From: Scyliorhinus canicula
Lineage: Eukaryota
Reading direction: 5' to 3'
Assembly (NCBI RefSeq): GCF_902713615.1
Contig: NC_052167.1
Coordinates: forward strand, 2,790,001-2,854,000
Length of the DNA stretch: 64,000 bases
This document shows positions 37,960 to 50,464 of this stretch, piece after piece. The notes under the pieces were generated by a model. That model ran no database searches and was not told the DNA's origin. It saw only the letters and a list, made by a program, of their open reading frames with translations. The position numbers and the translations under genes were made by a program. Position 1 is the stretch's first letter. Every line of letters starts with the position of its first letter.

Positions 37960-39500
37960 CCTGGGGTGGGCAAGGGGACAGGCAGCCGGGCCGACATCAG
38001 GAGTGGGGCAGGCACTGGGGTACGCAAGGGGTCGGGCAGCAGGGCGGACACCAGGGCAGGCGGGTGGGGGGGGGGGGGGAAACAGACACCGGGGCAGGCG
38101 GGGCGGGGGCAGAGACAGAAGGCGGGGCGGGGGGGGGGGGGGGGGGGGGAAGAGACAGACACCAGGGCGGGCCGGGGGGGGAGGGGGGGAGACAGACACC
38201 GGGGCAGGCGGGGGGGAGACAGACACCGGGGCAGGCAGGGCGGGGTGGGGCGGGGGGGGGGGAGAGACAGACACCAGGGCAGGCAGCGGGGGAAGGGGGA
38301 CAGACACCAGGGCAGGCAGGCGGGGGGGGGGGGGGGGGGGGGGAGGGGAAGGGGACAGACATCAGGGCCGGGGGGGGGAGGAGGAGAGAAGAGACAGACA
38401 CGGTGGGGTGGGGGGTGACAGACACGGTGGGGTGGGGGGTGACAGACACGGTGGGGTGGGGGGTGACAGACACGGTGGGGTGGGGGGTGACAGACACGGT
38501 GGGGTGGGGGGTGACAGACGTGGGGGGAGAGACAGACACAGGAGGGGTGGGGGTGACAGACACGGGGGAGGTGACAGACACGGGGGGGTGACAGACACGG
38601 GGGGGGTGACAGACCCGGGGGGGGGGGGGGGGTGACAGACCCGGGGGGGGGGGGGGTGACAGACCCGGGGGGGGTGACAGACCCGGGGGGGGGGGGGTGA
38701 CAGACCCGGGGGGGGGGGGTGACAGACACGGGGGGGGGTGACAGACACAGGGGGGGGTGACAGACACGGGGGGGGGGGGTAACAGACACGGGGGGGGGGT
38801 GACAGACATCGGGGGGGGTGACAGACATCGGGGGGGTGACAGACACTGGGGGGGTAACAGACACGGGGGGGGGGTGACAGACATCGGGGGGGGGGTGACA
38901 GACATCGGGGGGGGGTGACAGACATCGGGGGGGGTGACAGACATCGGGGGTGACAGACATCGGGGGGGTGACAGACACGGGGGGGGGTGACAGACACGGG
39001 GGGGGTGACAGACACGGGGGGGGTGACAGACACCGGGGGGGGGTGACAGACACCGGGGGGGGGTGACAGACATCGGGGGGGGGGGGTGACAGACATCGGG
39101 GGGGGTGACAGACACGGGGGGGGTGACAGACACGGGGGGGTGACAGACACGGGGGGGGTGACAGACACGGGGGGGGTGACAGACACGGGGGGGGAGGGTG
39201 ACAGACACCGGGGGGGGGGAGGGTGACAGACACCGGGGGGGGGGGGGGGGAGGGTGACAGACACTGGGGGGGGGGGGTGACAGACATCGGGGGGGGGGGG
39301 GTGACAGACACGGGGGGGGGGGGGTGACAGGACACGGGGGGGGGGTGACAGACACGGGGGGGGGGGGGTGACAGACACGGGGGGGGGGTGACAGACACGG
39401 GGGGGGGGGGTGACAGACACGGGGGGGGGGGTGACAGACACGGGGGGGGGGGGTGACAGACACGGGGGGGGGTGACAGACACGGGGGGGGGTGACAGGGG
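37960..39500. repeat. G-rich minisatellite (GTGACAGACAC + G-run, ~18-24 bp) in NUDT13 intron 1
   Basis: About 50 regular units from ~38395, preceded by looser gagacagacaccggggcagg units. Confidence 0.95.
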
Positions 39501-39720
39501 GTCAGTGCGGTTCAGGCCTCACCGTCTGCGCGAGGCCGCCTTCGGCGCCGCGAATTCCCTCGGTTTCCACACCGGGATCCCCGGGCCCGGACCGTTACCC
39601 GGGGCAACGCGGAGCCGCTTGATCCCGCCACCTGCCAACGAGAGGCAGCAGGAGGCAAGATGGGTCCCTGGAGGCTAAAATTCACCAACCCCTCCCACTC
39701 GTCTGAAATCATAAAGCCAC
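39480..39720 (-). promoter_or_regulatory. Probable NUDT13 CpG-island promoter and non-coding exon 1, with an RFX X-box-like site
   Basis: CpG-dense unique sequence. Minus-strand donor CAGACG|gtgagg places the exon boundary at 39523. GTTACCcggGGCAAC at 39594-39608 fits GTTRCC-N0-3-RGYAAC. Confidence 0.6.
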
Positions 39721-39799
39721 GGTGAGGGAGGTCAGGCGTTATATTTCAGAAATGAGGGGGTAGAGCTGACACAGAGGTCATTTCGGTCAATGACATCGG

Positions 39800-40840
39800 G
39801 AGTGCTGGCATTCTGCGCCCCCTGCGGTGGGTGAGCAGCGCCCCCTGCGATCGGAGGTCATATCGGGCATGCGTGGGCGCTGGGAGGAGTGCTGAGCATC
39901 GCCCCCGCAGCGCCCTCAGCGGTGGAAGATCATATCGGGCATGCGTGGGCGCTGGGAGGAGTGCCGGGCATCCCCCTGCAGCGCCCTCAGCGGTGGAAGG
40001 GCATATTGGGTATGCGTAGGCGCTGGGAGGAGTGCCGAGCATCGCCCATACCGCGCCCCCTGCGATCGGAGGTCATATTGGGCATGCCTATGCGCTGGGA
40101 GGAGTGCCGGGCATCGCCCCCACAGCGCCCCCCTGCGATCGGAGGTCATATGGGACATGCGTGGGCTCTGGGAGGAGTGCCGAGCATCGCCCCCGCAGCG
40201 CCCTCAGCGGTGGAAGGTCATATCGGGTATGCGTGGGCGCTGGGAGGAGTGCCGAGCATCGCCCATACAGCGCCCTCGGCGGTGGGAGGTCATATCGGGA
40301 TGCGTGGGCGCTGGGAGGAGTGCCGGGCATCGCCCCCGCAGCGCCCCCTGCGGTGGGAGGCCATATTGGGCATGCTGAGGCGCTGGGAGGAGTGCTGGGC
40401 ACCGCCCCCGCAGCGCCCTCGGCGGTGGGAGGTCATATCGGGATGCGTGGGCGCTGGGAGGAGTGCCGGGCATCGCCCCCGCAGCGCCCCCTGCGGTGGG
40501 AGGTCATATCGGGTCTGCCGAGGTGCTGGGAGCAGTCGCCCCCCTGCAGCGCCCCCTGCGGTGGGAGGCCATATCGGGCATGCCGAGGCGCTGGGAGCAG
40601 TCGCCCCCCCCTGCAGCGCCCCCTGCTGTGGGAGGCCATATCGGGTCTGCCGAGGTGCTGGGAGCAGTCGCCCCCCCTGCAGCGCCCCCTGCGGTGGGAG
40701 GCCCTATCGGGTCTGCCGAGGCGCTGGGAGCCGTCGCCCCCCCTGCAGCGCCCCCCCATGCTGGGAGGCCATATCGGGCCTGCCGAGGCGCTGGGAGCAG
40801 TCGCCCCCCCTGCAGCGCCCCCCCATGCTGGGAGGCCGAA
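39800..40840. repeat. CpG-rich tandem array, about 15 units (~71 bp grading to ~66 bp)
   Basis: Recurrent gcagcgccccctgcggtgggagg(t/c)catatcggg...gcgctgggag. Confidence 0.93.
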
Positions 40841-41235
40841 GCGGGCGCTGTCGGCCGATGAGTGGGATATGTGAGGAGCGGCACGTCCCAAGGCAGAGTA
40901 GGGGAAAGGGAGCCAAGGTGGCGGGGGCCTGTGTGTGGGCCAAGGGAGGAGAGGAGAGGCGTGGCCCGCCTGTGTGGGCCGCGGAGTGACAGTGAGGGAG
41001 GAGGACTGAGCCGCAGAGTCAAGGCCGAGGTAGGATTCACCACAACTTTCCTCCCACAGCACAGAGGACAGCAGACTCAATAAAGTCAAACACTTCAGCA
41101 GAAAGGAATTATCCACAAGCTGGGCAGTGAACTCACAATTTTTGCTGGCAAACATGGAAAAACGAAAGATTTTCATTTTTTTAGAAGTAAATTTTCATTT
41201 AGATTCTCATTTCTTGCTTTGGTGAATGTCCTCAA

Positions 41236-44200
41236 TGTGTTCCGCTGCTCCGGATAACACTGGCTGCAGTCTTAACTAAAGGATGCTCCAGACTCTGAAA
41301 TGAGTTCCATGTGTTTATTGAACTATTAACACAGTTCTCAAATGAGTTTGACTCTCTGCTAATCTAACTGTAGTAACTCAGTCTAACTGTACCAGCTCGC
41401 TCTGAGCCACTTGCTGGGGTGTGATGCTGCCGATCAACCCTGTCTAACTCTCTAGATGTCTGTCTGTGGAAAGAGGCTGGGTGTGAGTGCCTCATCCCTT
41501 TAATAGTGTTTATGTCATGCCCCCTTGTGCTGATGCCACCTCTGAGTGTCCTGACTGCCCATTGGTTGTGTCCTATCCTGAGTGTTCATTGGTTGCATGT
41601 TTGCACATCATGTATGTACATGTGAATGTGTCTGTCTAATGTGACTGACTGAGCAATACAGAACAAACAAAACAAATGCTTCTAAATCCAGGCTTACATC
41701 TGATCCTCGTCAACCGCTGGCGAGGTGGTGGAGGGGATAACAGTATCTTGACAGGCGAATAGGAGGCACGACTGGTGGCCTCGTGGTTCGAGGTGTCTGG
41801 AGGTGGCAATTCGACATGTGGAAATGGAGGGGAAAGTGGTTGTGGGCAAGCAACTTTTCACAGTGCCCTTCGATTCCTTCGCACAATGGAGCCTTCAGCC
41901 ATACGTATGACAGGATCTGGGTGCGGCCTGTCGAACAACGACAGCCGGAGCAGACCACCCACCATCTGGTATCTTGATCCTGACCATGTCTACCAGGGAT
42001 AGCACGTCCAGATTGGTGGCATGTGCTTCATAGCCCTGCTTCTGGCTGTCACAAAGCTGCTGCGTCTTCTGCAGCACCAGGAGGTGATCAAGGTTGGGCA
42101 GGTATATGGCTGGAAGCGTCGTCTGCAGGTACCTGTTCACCAGCAGTTGAGGTGGCGACATGCCAGTGGACAAGGGAGTCACCCGGTACGCAAGTAGTGC
42201 AAGGTGTATGTCGGAAGCAGAGTCCGAGGCCTTGCGGATGAGCTGCTTAACGGTTCACCCCTTTTTAGACTTTGCCATTGCACTGCAGATAGTGTAGACT
42301 GGAGGTGTCATGCCTGAAATTGTAGCTCTTGGCAAATGTGGACCATTCTCAACTGGAAGCACGGGCCATTGTCGCTCATGATGGTGCCATGTCATGAGAA
42401 TGTCTTTTTACACGCTTTGATGACGGTCCGTGAGTCGAGGTCCAGCAGCTTCAGCACCTCAGAATGGTTCAAAAAGTAATGATGATTAAGATATAGTCGC
42501 GACCATTCGCGTGGAATAGGTCAATGCCAACCTTGGACCACGGAGAGGTCTCTAGGTCATGTGGTTGGAGCGCCTGCTTGCGCTGCGCTGGTTGGAACCT
42601 GTGACAGGTCTCGCAGTTCAGGACCATGTCCGTGATGTCCTGGTTGATGCCGGGCCCTGCGTCTGCACTTTTCTACGCCCAGGCGTTCCTCATGAATCTG
42701 CCGCAGCACCACGCTCTTGAGACGTAGCGGGATGACTATCCAGTCCAGCTTGAGCTGGATGCTGTCGATCAGCGTCAGGTCGCCCTTGACATTGTAGAAT
42801 TGAGGGCATTGCCCTTTCTGCCAGCCATTGCTGAGGTTGTGGATGATTCACTGCAACAGGGGGTCTTTGGCTGTCTCTTCTCCGATGAGAACAATCTTCT
42901 CATCTGTTGCCGTGGGAGTGCCTGCAATTCAATGTGCTGGATGATCTCCAGTGCTTCACTGGGCGAGGTGACGGAGCGGGACAATGCATCGGCGATGATG
43001 AGCTCCTTGCCAGGTGTGTACACCAAATTGAAATCATACCTCCTGAGTTTGAGCAGAATTCTTTGCAAACGAGGCGTTATATCGTTCAGGTCCTTTAGGA
43101 TGATGTGGACCAGAGGCCTATGATCCGTCTCATCAGTAAATGTTGGCAAGACGTAGACATAATCATGAAATTTGAGGATGCCGGTGAGAAGACCTAAACA
43201 CTCCTCAATATGCACATATCTGGTCTCAGTGGGTGTCATTGCCCGTGAAGCAAACGCTACTGGTACCCAGATGACGTGTCATCTCTTTGAAGCAACACCG
43301 CCCCAATGCCATCCTGACTCGCATCTTTGGATATCTTGGTCTCGGTCTGGGTAAAAGAATGCAAGGATGGGTGCAGTGGTGAGCTTGGCTTTCAGCTCCA
43401 GCCACTCTGTTCGGTGCTCCGCCTTCCACTCAAAGGCGGTTGATTTGTTTCACCAGGTTGCATTGGGCCGTGATGTATGTGGCCAAATTCGGGATGAACT
43501 TGCCAAGGAAATTGACCATTGACCAAGTCCTCGGGGACTTTCATTGCCTCGATGGCTTGAATTTTGTCTGTGTTCGGGCGCACACTGTGTTGCGAAATCT
43601 GATTGCCCAGGAACTTCAGCGTGGATGTCCCAAAACAGCACTTGGACCTGCTTAGCTTGAGGCCATGTTCATGTATGCGTCAGAATACTTTCTTGAGGCG
43701 CAACACATGTTCCTCTGGGGTTGTGGACCAGATTATGATATCGTCAACGTAGACACGAACCCCTTCTATTCCCTCCATCATCTGTTTCATGATGCGGTGG
43801 AAAATCTCTGATGCCGAGATGATGCCAAATGGCATTCGGTTGTAGCAGAATCTGCCAAAAGGCGTGTTGAATGTGCAGAGCCTCCTGCTGAATTCTTCAA
43901 GTTGGATTTGCCAAAATCCTTGGGATGCGTCCAATTTTGTGAAGAAGAGCGCGTGTGCCATCTCACCCGTGATTTGTCCCCTCTTCTGGATGGGGAATGT
44001 TCCCGCATAATGTTTTTGTTTAGATCCTTGGGGTCAATGCAGATGCGTAGGTCCCCCGAAGGCTTCTTTACGCACACCATCGAGCTGACTCAGTCGGTTG
44101 GTTCAGTGACCTTGGAGATGATGCCTTTTTGTTGTAGACTCGTGAGCTCTGCCTTCCAGCGCTCTCTCAGTGAAGCAGGGACACGTTGTGGTGCGTGGAC

Positions 44201-46010
44201 CACTGGCTTGGCATCAGGCCGCAGTAGAATCTTGTACTCGTACAGCAGCGTGCCCATCCCGCTAAATACATCTGGGTACTGGTTAGGATGTTGTCGGTGC
44301 TGGCCTTAAGATCCGAATGGGACGGCGTTGTGGTGTAGACCCTTTGAATGAGGTTCAGTTGCTTGCAGGTGCGCGCACCTAGCAGGGACGCCCTGTCTGG
44401 TTTAACAATCTCGAAGTGTAAGCTTGCCTGTGTGTGTCGGCTGGATACCTGCAGATGGCAGGACCCCAGTGCCTTGATTGCGTTTCCATTGTAGTCCAGG
44501 AGTTTGCAGGCAGCTGGAAGGATTGTGGGGGCTTCTTGATTCTCTTGATGTATTCAACATCTGGATCCGTCGCGCTGCCTGGATCAGAGTCATGCATTCG
44601 GTGTTGCACACTTCTGATGCGCCGCTGTCGGAATTGGGAGCGCTGGCTCCTGACTGGTGGTGCAGATATGCACAGGGCTGCATCGCGGTTTGGTTTCCCA
44701 CAGTTTAAACAGTGTTTGCCTCTTGCAGGGCAATTTTTTAAAAAATGGGTGGTGCCGCAGTTCGCACACGTCATGACATCGGCGTCATGATGCTCAGTGC
44801 ATCGTTGCACATGCGCAGTGCGGTTCTCAGACGTCTGCACCTGCGTAGTGTGGTTTTCGGCCGCTTCGTGTTCCCGATCGCATTGCGCTGGCGTCGGGCC
44901 CCGGGAAGAGTGCGCGAAATGGCCGCTTTCGTCAATGTGGAGGCACTGCATTCGGGAGATGGCCTGAACACTGCACCTCGTGGGAGGCTTGTTTTTCACT
45001 TTCTGCCGTTTTGTACTGTGAATAGCGATTTTTAGAGTGCTCATGCACAGTACACATTTCAAACGCGACTGGCAGGGTCATGTGCTTGATTTTCAACAAT
45101 TGCTCTCGCAGAGGATCAGAGTGGACTCCAAAAACGATTTGGTCTCTGATCACGGAGTCAGTGATATCACCGAAGTTGCAGGATTGCGCTAGCAGTCTAA
45201 GGTTAGTTAGATAGGAGTTGAAGGATTCGTCTTTACCTTGCATCATCTGCTTGAAGATGTAGCGCTCGAAGATTTTGTTGGTGTCCACCTCGCAGTGGCT
45301 GTCGAATTTGTCCAGGATGGTTTGGTACTTCGTTTTGTCCTGCCCTTCGGAAAAATGAAAGGAGTTGAAGATCTCCATCGCATGGTCACCCGCAGTGGTG
45401 AGTAGAAGAGCTATCTTCCGAGCATCGGTTGCGCCATTGAGGTTGGATGCTTCCACATATCGTTGAAATTTCTGCTTGAATGATCGCCAGTTGGCACGAA
45501 GATTACTGAGCTGATGAGGAGCCTGAATCTTGTCCATTGTGCCTGTATTCAGTAGCTGGTTGTCACGGATCTTGCTGAGTTGAACTAAATAGATTGAACA
45601 GTCACTCCTGGTATCATGTTGTGTTCTGCTGCTTCGGATAACACAGGCTGCTACTTGATGCAGTTTTAACGAAAGGATGCTCCAGACTCTGAAATGAGTT
45701 CAGCATGTTTATTGAACTATTAACACAGTTCTCAAATGAGTTTGGCTCTCTGCTAATCTAACTGTAGTAACTCGGTCTAACTGTACCAGCTCGCTCCTGA
45801 GCCACGTGCTGGGGTGTGCTGCTGCTGATCAACCCTGTCTAACTCTCTAGCTGTCTGTCTGTGGAAAGAGGCAGGATGTGAGTGCCTCATCTCTTTTATA
45901 ATGTTTATGTCATGCCCCCTTGTGGTGATGCTACCTCTGAGTGTCCTGACTGCCCATTGGTTGTGTCCTATTCTGAGTGTTCATTGGTTGCATGTTTGCA
46001 TATCATGACA
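41236..46010 (-). mobile_element. Decayed full-length Ty3/Gypsy LTR retrotransposon
   Basis: Direct LTRs at ~41236-41612 and 45617-46010 (TG...CA), with imperfect 5-bp TSD ctcaa/ctgaa. Gag ORF 44932-45537 has a CCHC-like region downstream. RT motifs include KLDASQGFWQI, MPFGI and YVDD (43680-43961); RNase H shows TDHRPL...ADALSR; integrase remnants lie at ~41.9-42.8 kb. There are many frameshifts and stops. Confidence 0.93.
45603..45616 (-). other. Primer-binding site of the Gypsy element, complementary to the tRNA-Leu(UAA) 3' end
   Basis: Plus-strand CACTCCTGGTATCA abuts the 5' LTR. It matches the vertebrate tRNA-Leu(UAA) 3' end CACUCCUGGUACCA at 13/14 positions (tRNA sequence recalled). 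Confidence 0.7.
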
Positions 46011-46869
46011 CTGAATTCTTCATTCTGATTTTTTTCTTTCCCCCCATTTCAAATCGGGCACTGAATCCTCCAGTACACACGTGCCACTCAGATCAAGGGA
46101 CAAGGAGGTGAACCATAGAGGATCAGTGCAATACTGCCACTCAGGTCTGAGGGTGACTCCCTCCCTCTTGTGTTGCCCCCGCCTTCTGACACAACATCAA
46201 ATACCACACGGGGGGCAGATTTATGCCACCACTCTTCAGTGACATGCAGGTTACCTTCCCGAGCCCCCAAACAAAAAAGATCCTATTATCTTGTTTCTGA
46301 GCACTTTGGAAAACCCACGTTCTTTGGCACTTGGCACTAAAGGTATATATGTGTGTAACATAATCACTGAGTGCGGTAAAAGACTTTCTGCTGTGCTGTT
46401 GGCCAACCCGGCGATCACGTAGTCTACCCGCACGAGGAGCGTCGGGTGAAAAGTCCAGTGGTAAAGTCAGGGGGTGGAGTAAAAACATAAGAAATAGGTG
46501 CAAGAGTGGACCATTTGGTCCTTTGAGCCTGCTCTGCCATTCAGTCAGGTCCTGTCTGAAATTGTACATCAACCCCACTTTCTCACCCTACTCGTTAATT
46601 CTCTTGGTTACCAAAATTCTATCAATCTCAGCTTTGAATATATTCAGGACTGAGCAACCATAGCCCTCTGGAAGTAAAAATTCCAAAAGATTCACAAAGC
46701 TCAGTGAAAAGATTTCTCCCCATCTCAGTCCTAAAAGGCTGTTCCCTCATCCTGATATGACTTCTTGGCCCAGGTCATAGCCTCTTAGCAGCTATGCTGC
46801 CAAGCCCTCTGAAGCAATTTTCAGTAAATTCACCTTTCAATCTTCTAAACTTCAGAACATGTGTTCACA

Positions 46870-47995
46870 GGATGCGACAGTGACTGCCCTTGACATCAAG
46901 GCAGCATTTGACCGTGTGACATCAAGGAGCCCTCGCAAAACTGGAGTCAGTAGAATGTGGGCAGGAAACGTCCCTGGTTGGAGTCATACTGAGCCCAAAG
47001 GAAGATGGTTCTGGTTGTAGGAAGTCCATCAGCTCAGTGCCAGGACAATACAGGAGTTCCTCAGGGTAGTGTCCTAAATCCAACCATCTTCAGCTGTTTC
47101 ATCACTCACCATCTCCATCATAAGATCAGAAGGGGGTATGCTCACTGATGATTGCACAATGTTCAGCACCATTTGTGACTCCTCAAATATTAAAGCAATC
47201 TGTGTCCATATACAGCAAGGTCTGGACAACATTCAGGCTCGGGCTAATAAGTGACAAGTAACATTCGCACTACACAAGTGCCGGACAATGACCATCTCCA
47301 GTGAGAGAATCTAGCCATCGCTCCTTGACATTCAATGGCATTGCCATTGCTGAATCTCCCACAAACAACATCCTCGGGGTTACCATTGAACAGAACCTGA
47401 ACCGGACCAGCCATATAAATACTGTGGCTACAAGAGCAGGTCAGTGGCTGGCAGTTCTGCGGAGAGTAACTCCCCAAAGCCTATCCGTCATCTACAAGGC
47501 ACAAGTCAGGAGTGCGATGGAATACTCTCCACTTGCCTGGATGAGTGAAGCTCCAACAACACGCAAAAAGCTTGACATCACCCAAAACAAAATAGCTCGT
47601 TTGACCAGCACCTCATCTGTCACCTTCAACATTCACCATGTGACAATGGCAGCCGGGTGTACCATCTACAAGATGCACTACAGCAATTCACCAAGGCTGC
47701 ACCTTCCAAACCCACAACCTCTATCATCTAGAAGGACAAAAGTAGCAGATGCATTGGAATAGCATTGCAAAAGTTCCATTCCAAACGACTCACTATCCTG
47801 ACTTGGAAATATATCTCCATTCCTTCACCATCTCTGGGTCAAAATCTTAAAACTTCCTCCCTAACTGCACCGAGTGTGTACCTACACCACATGGATGCAG
47901 TGGTTCAAAAAGGCAGCTCACCACCACCTCAAGGGCAAATAGAGATGGACAATAAAAATAGCCAGCGAACCCCAGGCCCTGTGAAAGAACAAAAA
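46870..47995 (+). mobile_element. CR1/L2-group LINE 3' fragment whose tail matches the LF-SINE-like elements
   Basis: ALDIKAAFDRV, GVPQGSVL and YKAQVRSAMEYSPLAWMS motifs. The 3' end reads caagggcaaatagagatggacaataaa. Confidence 0.75.
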
Positions 47996-49847
47996 AAAGG
48001 CACATTTTACTCAATATGTGGCAAGGTCTGAAAGCTTATGGTCAGGGTGTGATAGAAGTAAGGCACACGATCACTACTAACAAGGTCACAAAATGAGATA
48101 GCAAGAGGTCCAGCATCCTGAATGGAAGATCCTGATGGAGTGGGAGGTAGGATTTAATGCTCAGCACATGTTTGCCTTGCAACCTTTCTTTGCCACTTAT
48201 GTGTGGTGTGTTTTGCAGTTCACTTGAGCAGACAGAATTGATGTGGCAACTTGTACACCTTATATGCCCGTGGTCGTGTGGAGCTATGGATCGTGATGCT
48301 GGAAACTGCAATGTTCTTTCCATCACACGGCTGACCAGCGCTCATGCTCCTACCGCCTGCCATCGGCATGTGTTGGGAGGATTCGTAGGTTGCTATTCAA
48401 CCTGTTTGGCCACATTGCGGACACACATTCCTCGACCCTCAAATCCTGGAGTGGGACTTGAACCTGGAGCTTCTGCCGTAGACACAGGGGTGCTACCTAC
48501 TTCAACACAAGACTGCCATAATTTATCATTACATCGAGAGATGGCTTTCAGAGATTTCAGGTGTGAATCTGCAGCTCCTCTTATCGTCGGCTGGTCTTCT
48601 AAATATAAAAAGGCAAACGTAGTCTTTTTTTTTGTTACTTTCCCTGCCTGAGTGTGTGCTTTCCCGTATGCTTCTGGGAATGCCCCTGGGGTGCCTATCT
48701 GTATAACACGCTTGTTTAAATGTAAGTTGTCATATCTCCCTCAGTGACAGTGTTGACAGCTTTCCAGAAGGTCTTGTGAATTGTGGCCAGTCTGCAAGCT
48801 GTGCTTGTCAACGGCATAAAATGTCAACTGTATATTAGTTGTGTTTAACTGTATGCAGGCGGTCAGCATTAACCTGGGGGTTCACTTTTTTATTTTTACT
48901 TATGCGCTCCTAGAAACAGGAACAGACCAAAATGGTGGCTATTGGGTTAGGAGATGCACATCTGTAATGCCTATTTCTGTAAATAAATGCACATTAAAAG
49001 TGTTTCCAGTTCTATCCTTCACTGGAATTTAATATAAGACACTGGGGGAAGAAGTAAGAAAGGTGTGATTGTGTTAGGAGTAATAAAGCAGTTCTCTTAA
49101 CGGGTGACACAACCAGGTAAAAATCTGCAGCCAGATCTGGTGGATTGTGTAAATTGTTTCACACACTCCAATTCCAGGGGACTGCTTGAGCTAGAAATGC
49201 TTCCTTGAAGATAGGACTTCTGTCTATGCCCTGCCCGGTTATTTATGCTGCTCACTACCCACCTGGTGTGTTTGTTGCATGCTAAAGTGTCATACTCTGA
49301 AACGTGATCAGATTTTAATTTTACATTTCAATGGGTTTGGCTGACTGTCAGACTCGCCCCTTCCCTTGGCAGGGTTATGCTGCACCAGGAAGCCGACCCT
49401 GAAAAATACAATTGCCAAAAAAAATGTGCTTGTGCCTTGGCAGAGGGATTACACAGGTGGCAGCAAGATCACGACGGGAGCAGAAGAATCCCAGAGGTAG
49501 CCAGAATAAGAGTTTGGAAGCGTGGAAAACAGTGGCAGTGCTCAGTACATCAGACAGCATCTGCACAGGGAGAAAGAGCTAATGTTGCAGGTCGATAACC
49601 TTTGGTCAGAACTATTCTGATACTAACCCTGAAATGTTAGCTCTGTTTCTCTGGTCTCGGAGGCTGCCTGACCTCCTAGGCATTTCTACCATTTTCAGTT
49701 TTTATTTAGATTTCCAGAATCCACAGTATTTTATTTTCTTATTAGAAATAAAGCATCAAGATGTTGTGCCTGATCAAAGGAGAAGGATAGCTATCTACCT
49801 GTCAGGGACATGTGGTTAGTTGCACCTGTTTCGTGGAGGTTTATGGC

Positions 49848-50464
49848 TGTGGTGAATGTAACTTGGTAATTCACACTGTATCTTTGTAAGAGTAGTAGCG
49901 TTATCCGACCACTAGGGGAAGTAGCTCTGGGAATGCTCAGGAGTTTGTACAGGGCTCCACCCTTGGCTCCGCCCACAACTCCTCCCCCTTGTGCTGCTGT
50001 ATAAATAGATAGATAGAACAGTACAGCACAGAACAGGCCCTTCGGCCCTCAATGTTGTGCCGAGCAATGATCACCCCACTCAAACCCACGTATCCACCCT
50101 ATACCCGTAACCCAACAACCCCCCCCCTAACCTTACTTTTTAGGACACTATGGGCAATTTAGCATGGCCAATCCACCTAACCCACACATCTTTGGACTGT
50201 GGGAGGAAACCGGAGCACCCAGAGGAAACCCACGCACACACGGGGAGGACGTGCAGACTCCACACAGACAGTGACCCAGCTGGGAATCGAACCTGGGACC
50301 CTGGAGCTGTGAAGCATTTATGCTAACCACCATGCTACCGTGCTGCCCTTGTCCAGAGTCAGCCTGCAGTTCACCAACGGGTAACAGGCTGGCTCTGTAG
50401 TAAGTAGATTAAAACCACTGTTCATATCGGAAAGCACGTGTCTGGTGAATTGATGGTTCCATCA
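49848..50464 (+). mobile_element. Solo LTR containing a nested HE1 SINE
   Basis: TGTGGTG...CCATCA termini with 5-bp ATGGC TSD (49843-47 and 50465-69). Internal TATAAATA and ATTAAA signals. SINE inserted at ~50010-50348. Confidence 0.7.

Noticed and set aside
37661-39482. Long Pro- or Gly-rich ORFs (324-521 aa) in several frames
   Set aside because: They are translations of the stop-poor G-rich minisatellite, open in most frames, with no protein signature.
39746-41176. Overlapping repetitive ORFs up to 366 aa
   Set aside because: These are by-products of the GC-rich ~70-bp tandem array.
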